NCBI RefSeq assembly: GCF_000150275.1
Contig: NW_002060972.1
Coordinates: forward strand, 467,394 to 531,393
From: Trichoplax adhaerens
Lineage: Eukaryota; Animalia; Placozoa
DNA length: 64,000 nucleotides
Direction of reading: 5' to 3'
This document shows, piece by piece, positions 41,349 to 55,229 of the stretch. Positions within the stretch are counted from its first letter, which is position 1. Each line of letters opens with the position of its first letter. The position numbers and the translations under genes were made by a program. Below the pieces are notes generated by a model that was not told the origin of the DNA, searched no databases, and was given only the letters and a program-made list of their open reading frames with translations.

Positions 41349-42151
41349 TTCCGATTGCATCATAATGTATAAATATCTATATATTGCTCATGTAGAGCTT
41401 ATTTTAGCCGTAGGCAAATATAAGTATTGGTCTTACAGTTGACCGCAGTTGTAAGTAGGCTTATCCAGTTCTAGTGTATTTCAAGTTTTTATTGTTCACT
41501 TTGAATCTACTGGACTAGAAGTACAGTACACTGTATCGCTATGATTAAATTGTAGATGTTTTTCCATCTATTCCTTCTCGAGTAAAGATTCTTTACTCTT
41601 GATGTTAATGCATCTGCATCGCTTGGTGTATCTTAATTACATAAATACAAAATATTTTGCATGAAAGCTGCTAACTATTCCATGAGTGATTTATATTGTT
41701 TTCAATGAAGATATTCAATAATTGCATTATTTCTAAGTTTTGACGTTATACACTGCCTAAAATAAAATCCATTCATTTGGTTATTCCAAGTCTCTTTGTT
41801 TGTAACAGCAAGGATAAAGTTTACTTCGGTATACCTTGGTTATATTATCAGTTCAAGATTACTATAGAAAGATTTTATTTAAAACTTAACATCAATGTCA
41901 CATTAGCTTGCGGCTTCATGTATCTGCAGCAACGGTAGTAGTCTATATGCCTCTACTGCACTGCACAGTATGGCCCATGATATACGGTACACTGTACTAT
42001 ATTCGGCATCAACATTCCTTAAAACTTCTGGCTTTTATACCCTTAACGGCGGATTATGCCGTAACGTATCTGCAAAATCTGCACTAAACTTTCATAAAAC
42101 TTAAAAGTCCTTACAATTCAACATATCTATTCTATGCCATAGGAAGATACT

Positions 42152-42617
42152 TGTCACAAAGCATCGGTATTTGTAACTAGGGTTAAACCTTAGAGTACAG
42201 GGTAGAGAAGAAATTGAACGACCACGTTTGTTTAAACCTAAAGAACATAGACAATAGTCAGAGGGAAGAGTAGGGAAATAATCACCACGAGGTCAAGATA
42301 TACGCTCATTTATATAGCATTCTCTTTCCCTGTTGACAAGTAAACAAGTTTAGCGTAAATAAATTAAGGTACCTACTGATTACTATGAGAAACAAAGTTA
42401 ATAACTTAATACGATCATTTCATAATAAAGCTTATAATCTAACTTGCGGAAGGTCTCACAAATAACAACAATTATTGTAAAAACATACTCTAATATCACA
42501 CTAACAAATCAACATTGTTGTATATCATAACAGGTAAACCTACAATAATAACAATACATAATATATGACCGAAAAAGTGATCATATCTTAAATATAGCAA
42601 TAGTAGAAAATGCGGCA
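42152..42617 (-). mobile_element. solo LTR (466 bp)
   Basis: TG...CA termini, flanked by a perfect 5-bp TSD ATACT (42147-51, 42618-22). TATA-like GCTATATAAA on the minus strand. Confidence 0.75.
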
Positions 42618-42796
42618 ATACTATATTAATCTTACAACTTTCGATATGTCAGTACAAACTGTGGTATAAGTCTATTTGTGCAGACTATCAAAAGGTGCAC
42701 TGTAGTAACAACGAAATGATCTATTTATATTGCATGCTACAGTAGTGCAGCCAATGCTAATTCCTGCTAGCGATGCGTTTCATAATACTGCCATTA

Positions 42797-43295
42797 TGTA
42801 GTGCACGGGTTAGTAGCCCTAGGTTCGTGATCCGACAAATCAAAACTCTGAGTTGCTAAAATCAAGCAAATCCCTAATGTGACACAAAATAGTTCACATC
42901 GTATAAATTGACTTACAAAAACAGTTAAGTTTATTAACGTCCCATGTCGTCCGTTGGAGAGGATTTCCAATTTCTTCCCCTCACAATAACAATCGAAAAT
43001 GGCTGAGATAGACCGGATAATCGACTTAGCCTTCACGATAACAATTCTATACAACTTATGCAAATTATCATCAATTGCTCCTATACATAGAAGTCATCAA
43101 TCACATTAGTACATTGCTTAATATCATTACTCAGTGTGGCTACGAGCTACGGCCTTATATAGCACATACTAAATGTTTGCCGTTTCATCATAGTAGACTT
43201 ATCAACACTTACCTTATTAAGATATACAGTTCTACACTACATACTATCACTGTATTGCCGACACAAAACTATTGTAATTAGCTAAAATCTCTACA
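42797..43295 (-). mobile_element. solo LTR (499 bp)
   Basis: Inverted termini TGTAG...CTACA, TSD CATTA (42792-96, 43296-300). CTATATAAGG on the minus strand. Confidence 0.75.
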
Positions 43296-43902
43296 CATTA
43301 TGATACTATAAATCGGGAATAAGAGGCATGCATATTTCGTATTTAGCAAATGCTGTCATCCATAGTTAATATAATTCCTTTGATAGAATCGATATTACTA
43401 TTAACTACCGTACGGTATGGCTGATATTAAACGACACTTTACTGGAATAGCTAATAAGATTCATCTTTGTCATTGATTAGTAATGATTATACACGAGTAA
43501 CAACTTACGAAATAAATATTACCGAATAAATTTTTACTTCAACAACAAAATTAGTCTACTTCAACCTCCTTAGTAATCCTCAAGGCTACCTTTAATAAAA
43601 AAACGGCTGGCTTTTATTTTCTCGACGGCAGATTGTACCGCCGAGTGTCTGTAGAATCTACAGTATACATTGGTGTCACAAAACAGCTTTCGTGATCGTT
43701 CCTAAACTAAACTATCTACTCATAAGGTTCGCCGACTAACTCCGGGAATTGTCGATAAAGGAAAACTAACTTATTCCTATACTATAGAAAACGAGTCCAA
43801 CGATAGGTTTAGGTTATTAAATATTTTATTAATAACTATTACAACTTTGTACTCTAGCATACCGTAGCCTCAGAGGAACTGAGATTAAAACTTATTAATC
43901 AG

Positions 43903-44409
43903 TGTCACGGTAGTGAATCTACCGTGACAAATGATATCGTACTTAATTTAGACATGTATATGTATCACGATAAGATAGTTATTAATTTGGATATGTGCAT
44001 GAATTATTTTATGACTTAATATAGCCGATACAAGCCTGTTCCTAATACAGGTTAAATTGTACTAAATATAGTATATGAATTGCCAATGGTGAATTCAATA
44101 TAAATCCTGTCAATAATAAGCTAGAGAAAACATAAGATTAATCTTTAGTAATATTACAAATTCATTGGATAAGACTAGGAATAATTCAACGTATTCACGA
44201 AGTCTTATTAGTCGAAATATATCACATATCGTAAACCGGTTTTATGGCTAGAAAAGCTATTTAAATGATCGATTTTGAATATTAACTTTAACTTGTATTT
44301 TATAAAGTAAAGATATAGTTAGAAGATTCCGAAAGTGCATTTCTCAGTTATTGTTACTTATCTAGGGTAATCTAATTAGTTTAGATTAGGCAAGTTTAGT
44401 TAAGTAACA
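43903..44409 (+). mobile_element. nested solo LTR (507 bp)
   Basis: Termini TGTCAC...GTAACA, TSD ATCAG (43898-902, 44410-14). 5' terminal hairpin TGTCACGGTAG-N5-CTACCGTGACA. Confidence 0.8.
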
Positions 44410-44420
44410 ATCAGGCTTAT

Positions 44421-45020
44421 TGTCACGGTTTAAGATATTATGTGATAATGTTATTGAAGAAGAAATAGACGGTTACGATTAGATAATCATAAATATTATG
44501 ATCTGTTAATATTGTGAGATTCAATCGTTAATGGGCTTCCATTAACGAATGTGTAGAGGTAAGGTACTTAATATGCCAATGACGTGTAATAACCAAAATG
44601 GCGGTTGTCACACTTGTAGGGAATCTGTTAGATCTTAAATTGTTAATTGGCGCTATAATATTATTAGCGCATAATAATATCAATTATCACATATTTGTTC
44701 GATAGTAATTAATAGGATTACAAAGTTATAGAAAGACTAAGTTATGTATAAGAATAATTAACAGGTGGAACAGGTGTAGATTTGATACAAGTATATAAGA
44801 GGTTGTAATTTACCTCGCTAGAGAGGAGGAAAATACGGAGACCTAATAAAGTTAGTTTAGTAAATTTATCCAGACGCTTCTAGTCCGCCTTTACTGTTGA
44901 CTGAGGTCCTTCGCTGAAGTGGAGCGAGTAGTGACGCCTGGTGGCAGTTTTACGGTAGGACAGAGGAGAATAGGATAAGTGTGGAACGGGAATCCGATTG
45001 TTGCAAACGACGTTGTGACA
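44421..45020 (+). mobile_element. nested solo LTR (600 bp)
   Basis: Termini TGTCAC...GTGACA, TSD CTTAT (44416-20, 45021-25). TATATAA at ~44792 followed by AATAAA at ~44845. Confidence 0.85.
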
Positions 45021-46084
45021 CTTATATTACAATTTCCTATGTCACACAAATACCCTAGTGCTAATCTATCACATTAAATTATATAGTACGTATTACAGAC
45101 TAACCGTAGATTAGCAACTTTACTACTAGCCACTTATCACGGAGTATCAAGCTCCGTAACAATTGGTAAACCTTGAAAGTCCTCACTAGGAATTGATTAA
45201 GATAGAAGTTAATGCAGTATTCGTGCAGTCGTGCTTATGCTGTAGTTTAAGTCACAGTTATAATCTACCAATCTTAGCGAAATGTCAGTACAAGCAGTGG
45301 TTTAAGTCTATTTTTGCAACCATTAATAATAGTATCTCCCTACTCGTAACAGTGTAACACTAATGTATAAAGGCTAAGTGTAGCAGTAGACAACTATAAT
45401 GATGGTTTACATGGAATAACAGTATGTTAGTTGGCCGTAGCTAATGATGAAATGATGAAGTAAGGCATTCGTTCTTATATCAAGTACTGGACTGACAGCT
45501 TCTAAATTACGCCTAAAATGTGCTAGTCGTTAGTATAGACATAGCGAATTGAATAAACTATAGCGTTAGCTATCAAAACTTATGGCTGGTTACTTATACT
45601 TGAAGGTTAAGTGTTTTCACGCTGTAATGGAATCTAAGTCGGTTGATAACCGTAAGGTCATTAAAATACAAATCTAACGTAGTAGCAGAGAAGCAACTAT
45701 TACAATCTATTAAGTATGCACTCCCATCAGATAAGCAGGATTTTCAATTTATGTAGCCCTCTACAAGTTTAAAACACGAGTATCAAATCAAAATTTTAAA
45801 TGCATCGTATTGACTGTCTTAAAAAGCTGCCAAAAGTTGGATTAAATTACAGAGCTATTCCACGTCCACAAGATTTTAAACTTCACCAATATCGGGAATT
45901 TACTTCACTATTGCTGGAAGAACAGGTGCTAAGCTTGCCATTTTAAGCGTATGAGACAATATGCACAGTAATTTTTTTTACACCTGGGAGCACCCAATGG
46001 CAAGAAATTGACCAAAATTCGCATAGATCTTTGATACACAAAGCAAAGCTAATCTGACACAAATTTTTCATGCAAATGAATACT

Positions 46085-46172
46085 NNNNNNNNNNNNNNNN
46101 NNNNNNNNNNNNNNNNNNNNNNNNNNNNNNNNNNNNNNNNNNNNNNNNNNNNNNNNNNNNNNNNNNNNNNNN
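46085..46172. other. assembly gap (88 N)
   Basis: Run of N. Confidence 1.
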
Positions 46173-46908
46173 AATCCGAATACCTAAGCCTTCAAGATAC
46201 AACTCTCACGTGTGTATAATACGGAAGGAAATTGTGATCCAATTTATTTACGAGAAAGAACAATGGGATAATTTTTATTATCATGTTAAATTTTAAATAA
46301 TATTGTAACAAAATTAATTTAATTCACCAACTAGTATTTATACACCTAAAAAACGACTTCTACCTTATCGTAGGGTTCTCGTTGGCAATTTTACATCAGT
46401 TGTGATTCTATCAAAGCTTATTCATATTTCCTTTTCCGAATATTTTTGGTTTGATACATAGGTTACAGCCAAAACCCGAAGCCGGCCAATACGCGTTGGC
46501 CGTAATACATATATGATGATATAATCAAAGGCTTAACTTTAAGTCACAACTGTTGTAATTTTGTCGTTGCATACTTAACGAAATAGTCACTATAACTGCA
46601 ATTAATAAATGTGAATGACCTATTCAATCACTTGATAGTATCCAATTATTCTATTTAATTTAGTACTATAGCCGAAAAAAGTTGATATGGGATAGCACGT
46701 AAGTGAAATTTTAATATAGATTACAATATTTGGTCTGTCTTCAATTAAAATATATTCCATTTGAAGCCAAAATATTAAATCATGTAAAGTAAGTCTTTAG
46801 AAATTAATCAATGACCAATAATCTTTTTTTGCTAGATGAGTATTCACTATACCCTAATGATATTTCAAAATTAAAACATCGCAATATTCTGTATAATAAT
46901 AACATGGT

Positions 46909-47934
46909 TTACAGAATTGGTGCAACACGAATCCTTTTATATCGATGACCACACCGTAACCAGGATGGCAAAGCTTTTCTTAATGTTTCGTTGTACTTCA
47001 AGTAGATAATCGGATTGATCACGCATGAAAATGTAGATAGGGCAAAACCTGTACTAACAAGAATCAATGCAGTAGGACTAGAATTAGTTATAGACGATAG
47101 TGTGGTACCATAATATGTCGTTGTTAAAACGATAACAACAAACGGCACTGAAATAAACATGTAAACGATAGTTACTGCAGTCATCATCTTGATCATGGAT
47201 TGACCACGCTTTTGATTTAGTTTAAATTGTCGATATCGATTCATGTCGTTTTTATTTCTACTAATTAAAGCTGATCTTAAGAATAAACCCAATTTCAAAT
47301 ACACTACAACTACAACTGCTAACGGTAAGATATAAATAATTAGGAAGAGTAGCGAAAAGTAGATTACGTTATGTAACTTGCGATGTTGGTTAAAATCGCA
47401 TTGAGGTGGAATAGTTGGAGAAACATAAATTAGCCATAATATTGGGCTATTGATAATGCAGGAAACAAGCCATAGACTCGGGATAGTAATTCGCAATTTC
47501 CATTTAGTCTTCAAGAATAGCATCTGCTTGATCCGCTCATGAGTAACAATGCAATATCGATCAATTGCAATGGTGGCTAATGAAAATGTCGATACAGTAA
47601 AACTTGTCGCAAGAATGTAGACAAGTAACTTACAGGCAATATCAAAGGATAAGATATTAGTTCCTTTTATAGCTAAAATATTATCTACTGCGGTATTAAC
47701 AACAACAGAGATCAAAGTGATAATATCTGACACGCACATATTGCTAATCAAGATATAAGTAGGTAAATGTAAACTTCTTTTCTTAAAGATACTATAGGAA
47801 ATGATACCGTTAGCCATTAGGCCAAAGATAGAAATAGAAATAGTGGTTATTAATCTAGCTAAAGAAGAATCGATTTTCTTTTTCATAGTGTTATTAATAA
47901 ACGAATAATTATCATCACTTAATGTTAAATTCAT
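46909..47934 (-). CDS. intronless rhodopsin-family (class A) GPCR, orphan, 341 aa
   Basis: 7 hydrophobic segments; GxxxN (TM1), NMCVSD (TM2), C and IAIDRY (TM3), W (TM4), LP (TM5), NPIIY (TM7); N-terminal sequons NLT, NYS, NNT. Confidence 0.93.
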   Translation of the reverse strand: MNLTLSDDNYSFINNTMKKKIDSSLARLITTISISIFGLMANGIISYSIFKKRSLHLPTYILISNMCVSDIITLISVVVNTAVDNILAIKGTNILSFDIACKLLVYILATSFTVSTFSLATIAIDRYCIVTHERIKQMLFLKTKWKLRITIPSLWLVSCIINSPILWLIYVSPTIPPQCDFNQHRKLHNVIYFSLLFLIIYILPLAVVVVVYLKLGLFLRSALISRNKNDMNRYRQFKLNQKRGQSMIKMMTAVTIVYMFISVPFVVIVLTTTYYGTTLSSITNSSPTALILVSTGFALSTFSCVINPIIYLKYNETLRKALPSWLRCGHRYKRIRVAPIL

Positions 47935-50900
47935 TTCGTCAAGTATGATAAATGTGATATTAATTTTGTGCTGGAAAATGTATGTAATCGCCTTTCTTAT
48001 CCAAGGTTAAAAGTATATGTGTATAAAAATGACTTTACCTTGGTTCTTACAGAGGAATATTATACAATTTCTTTGCTCCACTTAATAGATAAAATCACTA
48101 AGCCCATTAATAACCTTTATAAGTAAATAAATAATAATTATAACGTACTTTTAGTAAAGAATGCGTAACGTGAAAAATTTCGTCGATCGATATTTGGGAA
48201 TAAAAAGATTACTGTATGCTCTCTATCGTTTGTCTTAATTATTGTTTTCCTAAAACAATAACAACCTGAGGCAAATAGATCAAAGCTAATATCATAATTG
48301 ATAATTAAATTTATTCCCAGCATTTATTTTGGTTTTAATCAAATCCATGCAGCGTTATGATGGCATACTTGATTGACGTATTTTCCTTTCATGATACATC
48401 CGGTATGCGTCAATATTAGTCATCAGAAAGTATTCGTTCTAATATCATCTTATAATAGAGCCAGATGTCAGCCATAAGTAACGACTAGACATAAGAGTTA
48501 TTTCTTATTGCTAGTAGCACACCAATAAGAATTTGAGATTTAACTTAGTAGTTATCATTATTGTTTTATTTTCCAAATTTCTCCTACGTAAATTTTGTGC
48601 CAACAATTTGTATGAAATTACAAGTAATGTTTCCTTCTTGTTATAAGTAATAAATAAATAAAATGACGTGCAAATAAATGAATAAAAAATAGCGTTACAT
48701 TATGCAGTCAAATTCGCTAACGACAGCAGAACTACATAGATTGATTGAGGACAATTATTTTAGTACCTACGTATAATACTCGTACAATCCAAATTTTAGA
48801 GTCTATTTTAAAAGTGACAGCTAATAAACGATTCTGTAAGTCAAATTGCTTTATGTTATTATACCTTCAGGCTACAATTCATCTTGCATATGGACTAAGG
48901 CATGGATTACACATAGCTATTCTCCTAGGACTATCTACAAATTTTTAAATAGAATCTAGAAAGTCATAAATATTCAAAAGATTTTCCAAAAAGCGTACAT
49001 TCTAAGTTGATCATCATGATGCAGACATCATGATATAGATTTAATCTCTTATTTCAATGGATGTGGTATTAATTAACTTCAAGATATACGATAGAAAAAG
49101 CTAGTCATTTAAGTTGGAAACTCTGACGAAAAATTAAGCTTGAATTTCTCTATACGTTCACACTAACTAAATGTCTGGGAAAGTTAACTTGAATATTGAG
49201 GAGACTTTATCGTAATTGAGCGGCTAAATAGATTAGATTGATATTAATTTCAACGATATAAGGATTTCTTTTCCATAATAGAGGAATTATTTATTTCAAT
49301 AGATAGACATATAAATATCATAACTTCACTATTACTTAAATTAAACATTGAAACTGTAGACAATACAGTTCTGGCTTAAATGCTTTTCCGTGCTAAAAAT
49401 TCAATAGGTCATCTAAAATAATACGGAAAATTGCTACTGTAACCTAATGAAGTTATATTTTCTTGATTTCATAAGAATAATAGATTATGAACTAGAAAAG
49501 ATTATTATAAGTGAACAAGACATACTATTACAAGATTCTTTCGCTATTGTTAACAAGTAAGACTAAATTTTCTCGATAGTTCTTCTACAGCAACTGCGGT
49601 ATACTTAATTATTGTCTTCATTGGTTTCTTCATATTTATTAATACTAATAAAATCTCGTATTCTACGCAATATACATTACAATATGGGTTTATTGCCGTC
49701 GCGACTGCTAGACTGGCATTGCGAGATAATATTATTCTTAAGAAGCAATATCTTCAATTATTCATAATTTATGACAACTATCTCGTATCGTTGAACCGGT
49801 ATTTGATAGATTGATATGTTACGGCACAGATATATTTATTAGTTGAGTACATTATACTGTAGAAGGACATCTCAAGACTGCTATCGCTATGATTAGATAA
49901 GATACACCTCCTCATATCAATACTAGAGTATATAAAGAAGAGAATAAAAATAATAAAGGGGTTATTTTTTATCTTTAATTTTGACCACCTTAAGAAAGAC
50001 TGAAGATTATCTGTTGTAGACTCAGTGAGATTCCACACGCTTCAGAAAATATTCAAGCTGAGTCACGATAGTTCCTGATAATATTAATATCGATAATAGC
50101 GATATGTTTTCTGCCTTTTAAAAGCAATATTATAAAACGCTATAAATTTCATAAAAACTATGGGTACGCCGTTTCAAGTTTTACATTAAAATTAACATTG
50201 TTGTATAAATAGCTGATAAAGGAAAGTTTATATCCGATATTAATTATTAGTTACTGTTTAATTTATAAAAATAACCAAGTAGATAATTAATAGCAATCCA
50301 TAATTACAACCTATTAAATTAGTAGTCGATAGCTACCTCATACAGGTTATCATTACGATGTGAGGATATAAAATTTTATTTATTTTATCTATCCTGACAA
50401 CGAGAATAATATTTAGATAAGCGATTTTAAATATTGATTTGACTAGCAATATTTGATAAGTCTTTCAGACTCAAAAACGAGAGACCAAATAAAATAATTG
50501 GTGAAGAAAGCAAATTTAGCTATATATACAACAAAGTTACTCGGATTGAAATACGGCTTAGTTTCGTAAAAATTATGAGTTGATAATTGGGAATGTTTCA
50601 TCATTGGTTTCTTTTATGCCAGTTATTTAAAATTTAAATAGCAGATGTTGAAATCTAGAACTTGAATTTATCATATTAGCTCTCACACTCTGGTAGACTG
50701 ATGTTACTGTTACTACTGAGATATCCTTCAAATAATTTAGGCTAAAAAAGTTCTATAAGCATCAACTATACAGATATTTTCCGATATCTTAGAATAGTAA
50801 TTTCCATACTAAATTAATTACTGCAATGTTAAATTCCAGCTATTTTCCAGTTTTTTTGCAATAATTTACTAAAAATACCGTAACTAATCTACAGGAAAGT

Positions 50901-51610
50901 GAATATATATTATTAGGCAGCGATAATTATTTAATAGCAACCCCTGTTACCTATTTAATACTCTAATTGGTAAGTGATAAGGAAATAATTACTTTTAATA
51001 CATAAAGGATTAATTAGTGGACAAATTTATCACTGAAAATCTGCATTGAATATTCTTTATCAAAGGAATTCACCAATGATTTCTTGAGAATATCTAAAAT
51101 GTTCTCTGACCTGTTAAGAAAACTGACTACATTTAGCGAGTTATTCAAAGTTTATCGTAGGATGAAAGTTTCTAAAGCATCTGCAATCAGCTGAGGCTAT
51201 TAGCGCGAGTGCTGATCCTAAAATACATCGCGATACACTATAATGGTAAGATCACTACTTTTCCCTCCTCTCCTATAAAAGAAAAAGTGATTAAAAATGT
51301 CACTCACTATATTGCAAGCTAACAATACAATTGTTAATGAAGTGTTCTAAAATCACTACACGCATATTCTGTATTTCATTAATGGTAAAGAACATGCCAA
51401 ATTAAAACTAAAGTTTTCTAAAGGTGATAATTTAGGGTAATAGCTATGCCGATATTAGTAAAGTTCCAGACGGCTGATTAATTTTTAGGTTGTAAAAATG
51501 AGCTAGTAAACAAATGCGATACTGAAATATACACTATTGAAGTTTTAGGAAAACCTAAACCTAATCTGTTATCAAAACTAAAATTTAGAGCACAGTAAAA
51601 CTAAGTTCTA

Positions 51611-52590
51611 TCTGTAATGAAATGAAATGTGTAGAGATCAAGCTACGAAACTTTAACAAACTTTGATTCTACTTTCGTTGCACTCCGGTCGACTTAACGC
51701 TAATACTTTGACACCAAATAAAATTTGGGGAAATAACCGAACAACGATTTATTTCAAAACAAAAAAGGAGAGAAGTATAAACCGAATAACCTTACAAATA
51801 CTTAGCTTTAAGTATTATTAAAATAAATGACAGACTTAAAAACTGTCAACGACCAAACAACCTTTCAAAAAGAAGAACGTTTTAACTTACGACAATTCGA
51901 CCCCGAAGGCCTTTTAAATTCAACAAGTTCTTCAAATAAAATCTTCTTCTACTCTCCCTAAATTTTCTAATTGCACTATCATTTATAGGCTTCATAGAGC
52001 CGTCAGAGGTATTTAAAACTAAACATTTGCTAACCAATCGCTCTTAAGATCCGTTTTAGAAAACTACTTTGCACCATTTAAGAAAACAAAAATCATTCAA
52101 AGTTCAGACATAATTTACCCTACGATTACCTTACAAAACACTATAAAAGTAATAAGCTAACTATAAAAATACATCAAACTTCATTTCTAACATAATTTCT
52201 ATCATTAATACACTATAAAAAGCTAAAAATCAACCTTTAAACATCAAGATTTAGTCATAAAAACAACATTCTAACTACCTAACAATCAACACAACCTCTG
52301 CCAATTTCCATCTTATTTTCTATTTTTCTCACTAAATCTCCTAATGTGACTTCAAGTCACGTCATAAAATTCCAAAGTTTCAAATTCATAACAAAAAGTC
52401 CAAATCTCAAAAATTAACTCTTACGATATTTTTCATGAACAAAAATCCAAAAATTAAAACAGAAAAATTATAAATCAGACATAAATTAAAAATAAACCCG
52501 ACCGGTTCCAAAACAGGAAAATTATATCGGACACAAACCCGACCGGTCCCAGAGTCCGAAAACTATATCGGACACAAATCCGGAAAAATT
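51611..52590. repeat. dispersed A/C-rich repeat family, copy 1 (unclassified TE relic) ending in a ~41-bp tandem repeat
   Basis: Colinear similarity to 62965-64000. Tandem units AAATTATATCGGACACAAACCCGACCGG at ~52466-52585. Confidence 0.75.
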
Positions 52591-55229
52591 CGCTTTTTAT
52601 GAAGATCACAGTAATCGCTTATCAAAAAAATTTATATGACTACTACGACTACTTTTCTGACATTAGTATCGCTTAGTATTCGCGAGTATTGACAGTTGAT
52701 GTTTTAGCGTCAGATTGTACTGTAACTGTACGAGTATAGACTACCTTACAGTACTTTATCGTCATGTTATAAATCCCCTTTCTCTAAGGATAGGGTTTTG
52801 CTACTAAGTCAAATTTCTTTACAATTTGAATAGACGATGAAACGCCCTTTCTTTAGATTAGGCATTTGCTCTATAGGGCTATTTTCTATAGTAAAATAAT
52901 ACTAATTACATACTAAAAACTACAAAGGACTCTACTTTTAGTCCTTTTACTACATATCTTTCGAACCAATGATCCATTATTTTCCAGTCTTTGCTACGTC
53001 ACAAATTTATGTTGCGAACTACTACACTAAATTAATAGATTACTTATGCCTTGCTCCACAACACCTGGAGTTCTACAGATTATTAGTACTTCACGGAATA
53101 TGAACATACTAAATACGAGTATCTGACACTGTACTAAGGAATTTTAGTTAAATTTTATTTTTAACCTTACTTACAGTTATCGAATTATACGTGAGCCTGT
53201 ACTTCGATAGCATAGCGTACAGAGTCTACTATCGGAACCATAGTAGTTAGGTATAATATTGATGTATTAGTACAATTTAACGTACAAACTATACAGAGTA
53301 AGATACGATCATTTATGAAAAATTGAGCAAACGAGAGTAGCAAAGCGCACGGTAGTAGGCTAGTCATTTATAATCACTATACTGAAGGTGACTAAAAGTA
53401 TTAGGTATTTGGAAATATAAGAAATATTAATATAGTTTATGGTAGGCTTTGAAGCCGAGTTAACTTGTCTTTGCGATTCTTAGCGAGATGTCTGTAAATT
53501 AAGCCATTAGATAGAGTCATTGATTTCTATTTCATGTTTATTTTTGAGATAGGAAACATTGCAATATGATTCTATCCATAGTATGTTATGGTAAGGTAAT
53601 ATTAGTACGCTATTGTTGTTAGATTGCATTTGCATTTGAAGCGTGAAAATCGTTCTTAACTATCAGATAGCCAGAACTAAATTAGCAGCTATGCTTCTAT
53701 GTGAATATTATTTTATTAATTCTTCTAACCTCTTACACCTATACTTATCTGATATGTAATAAGATAGAGCAAAAACTTGGCCATTACTCGCATGGTGAGA
53801 TACAATAATGTAGGTTTTTCCTAGCTTATGTAAATCCTAAATTTCTCATTCTTATAATGACACCCTTTAATCATTTCTTTATGGCCCCTTCGTTTTGCAT
53901 CGAAGTGAACCTGAAATATGATAATTTACTATTCGTTGCTTGTAGAAAGAATATTTAAGCGTTCAATCTTATTAAAATCACATGTCCTTAAATGAAACCA
54001 TTATATAAGTATACCGACATGCAACTACGGTATGTATCAGAAAATTTTGGATGTAGAGTATGCACGTAGATGATTGCTATACATAATTAATGTAACAAAC
54101 ATTATGCATATTTCAATAAACATGCCTAACCGAATATTGTATACAGTGCTAACAGCTGAGCTGTTACTGCACTATTTAATATTACTAGCTAACTACCGCC
54201 ATAGCATATCCAAATTTCGGCCTTGTCAATAAATATAATGGTCTAGTAAAATGTTACGCCAGTATAAATAAAATTCAAACAAAGCAATGATGAGCTTTTA
54301 TAGAAAGTTCGACAATGAAGACAAATTTAGTAATTCCAAGCAAACAAAACAAGTATAATATTCTTACTGGCACAGTTAATATTGTCAAAATATCTAGTCA
54401 CTAATCTAGGAAACGGACAGGATTTATGAATACTGTCTGGTACTAGAAAATATTTTCGGCTTTAGTATGGGATCAGAGAGCGCTGCATTTAAGCAAGTAA
54501 TAAATAATTAACCGATTGAAAGATATTTCTAAGATATTTACCGATGCTATTATGCTTTTATGGTATAGATAAAGAAAAAAGATGGTCATTAATTAAACTC
54601 AATTGGTTTTACGACGTGTAAATGAAATCTGCGAAATACACAATATTAATTTCTGTTTTAATAGTCTATTTTATTGTACATTTTATAAAATTTTAGCCTT
54701 CTTGAATAATAATTAATATATGAAATACTCGAAGTTTGAACAAATTTATAAAGGTATAATTATTATAAATTAGATTAAAATTTATGCATAAAGTTTACAA
54801 TTTAAGCAAAAATAAGTTAATCAAATCAGGACACAATTTGATCTGCTTAAGCTTTAAAAAATTTTAATCCATAAATTCTCAAGTATATATGCGTACTGGA
54901 ATAATAAAAATATTTGCACTCTAGTTGATCTCTGAGTAATTATATTAAGAAAAAAAGTAATAATTACGAATAGATATCATTTGTTAAAAATTTTAATTCT
55001 AATTTCTTTATAATTAATTGGACTGAACTAAAATCTAACAATGCTTGCTTTGTTTGATCATATAGTGTTTGAAAATATTAATCTTAACATCTTAAGATTG
55101 TAATGTATGTATCAAATTTATTTAATTGTCACTTATCGATGTTTTATCACGGTTATAACATTTCTCATTATATTCTCTCTATGAAACTATATCATGTTTA
55201 CCGTAGAAATCATTTCCACCAAGCTGCTC

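Larger units (their letters stand above)
43674..45161 (-). mobile_element. outer solo LTR (~371 bp once inserts are removed) containing two nested LTRs
   Basis: Termini TGTCAC...GTAACA, TSD ATTGG (43669-73, 45162-66). Confidence 0.8.

Noticed and set aside
52715-53380. Possible further solo LTR or MITE
   Set aside because: No matching termini with a TSD were found.
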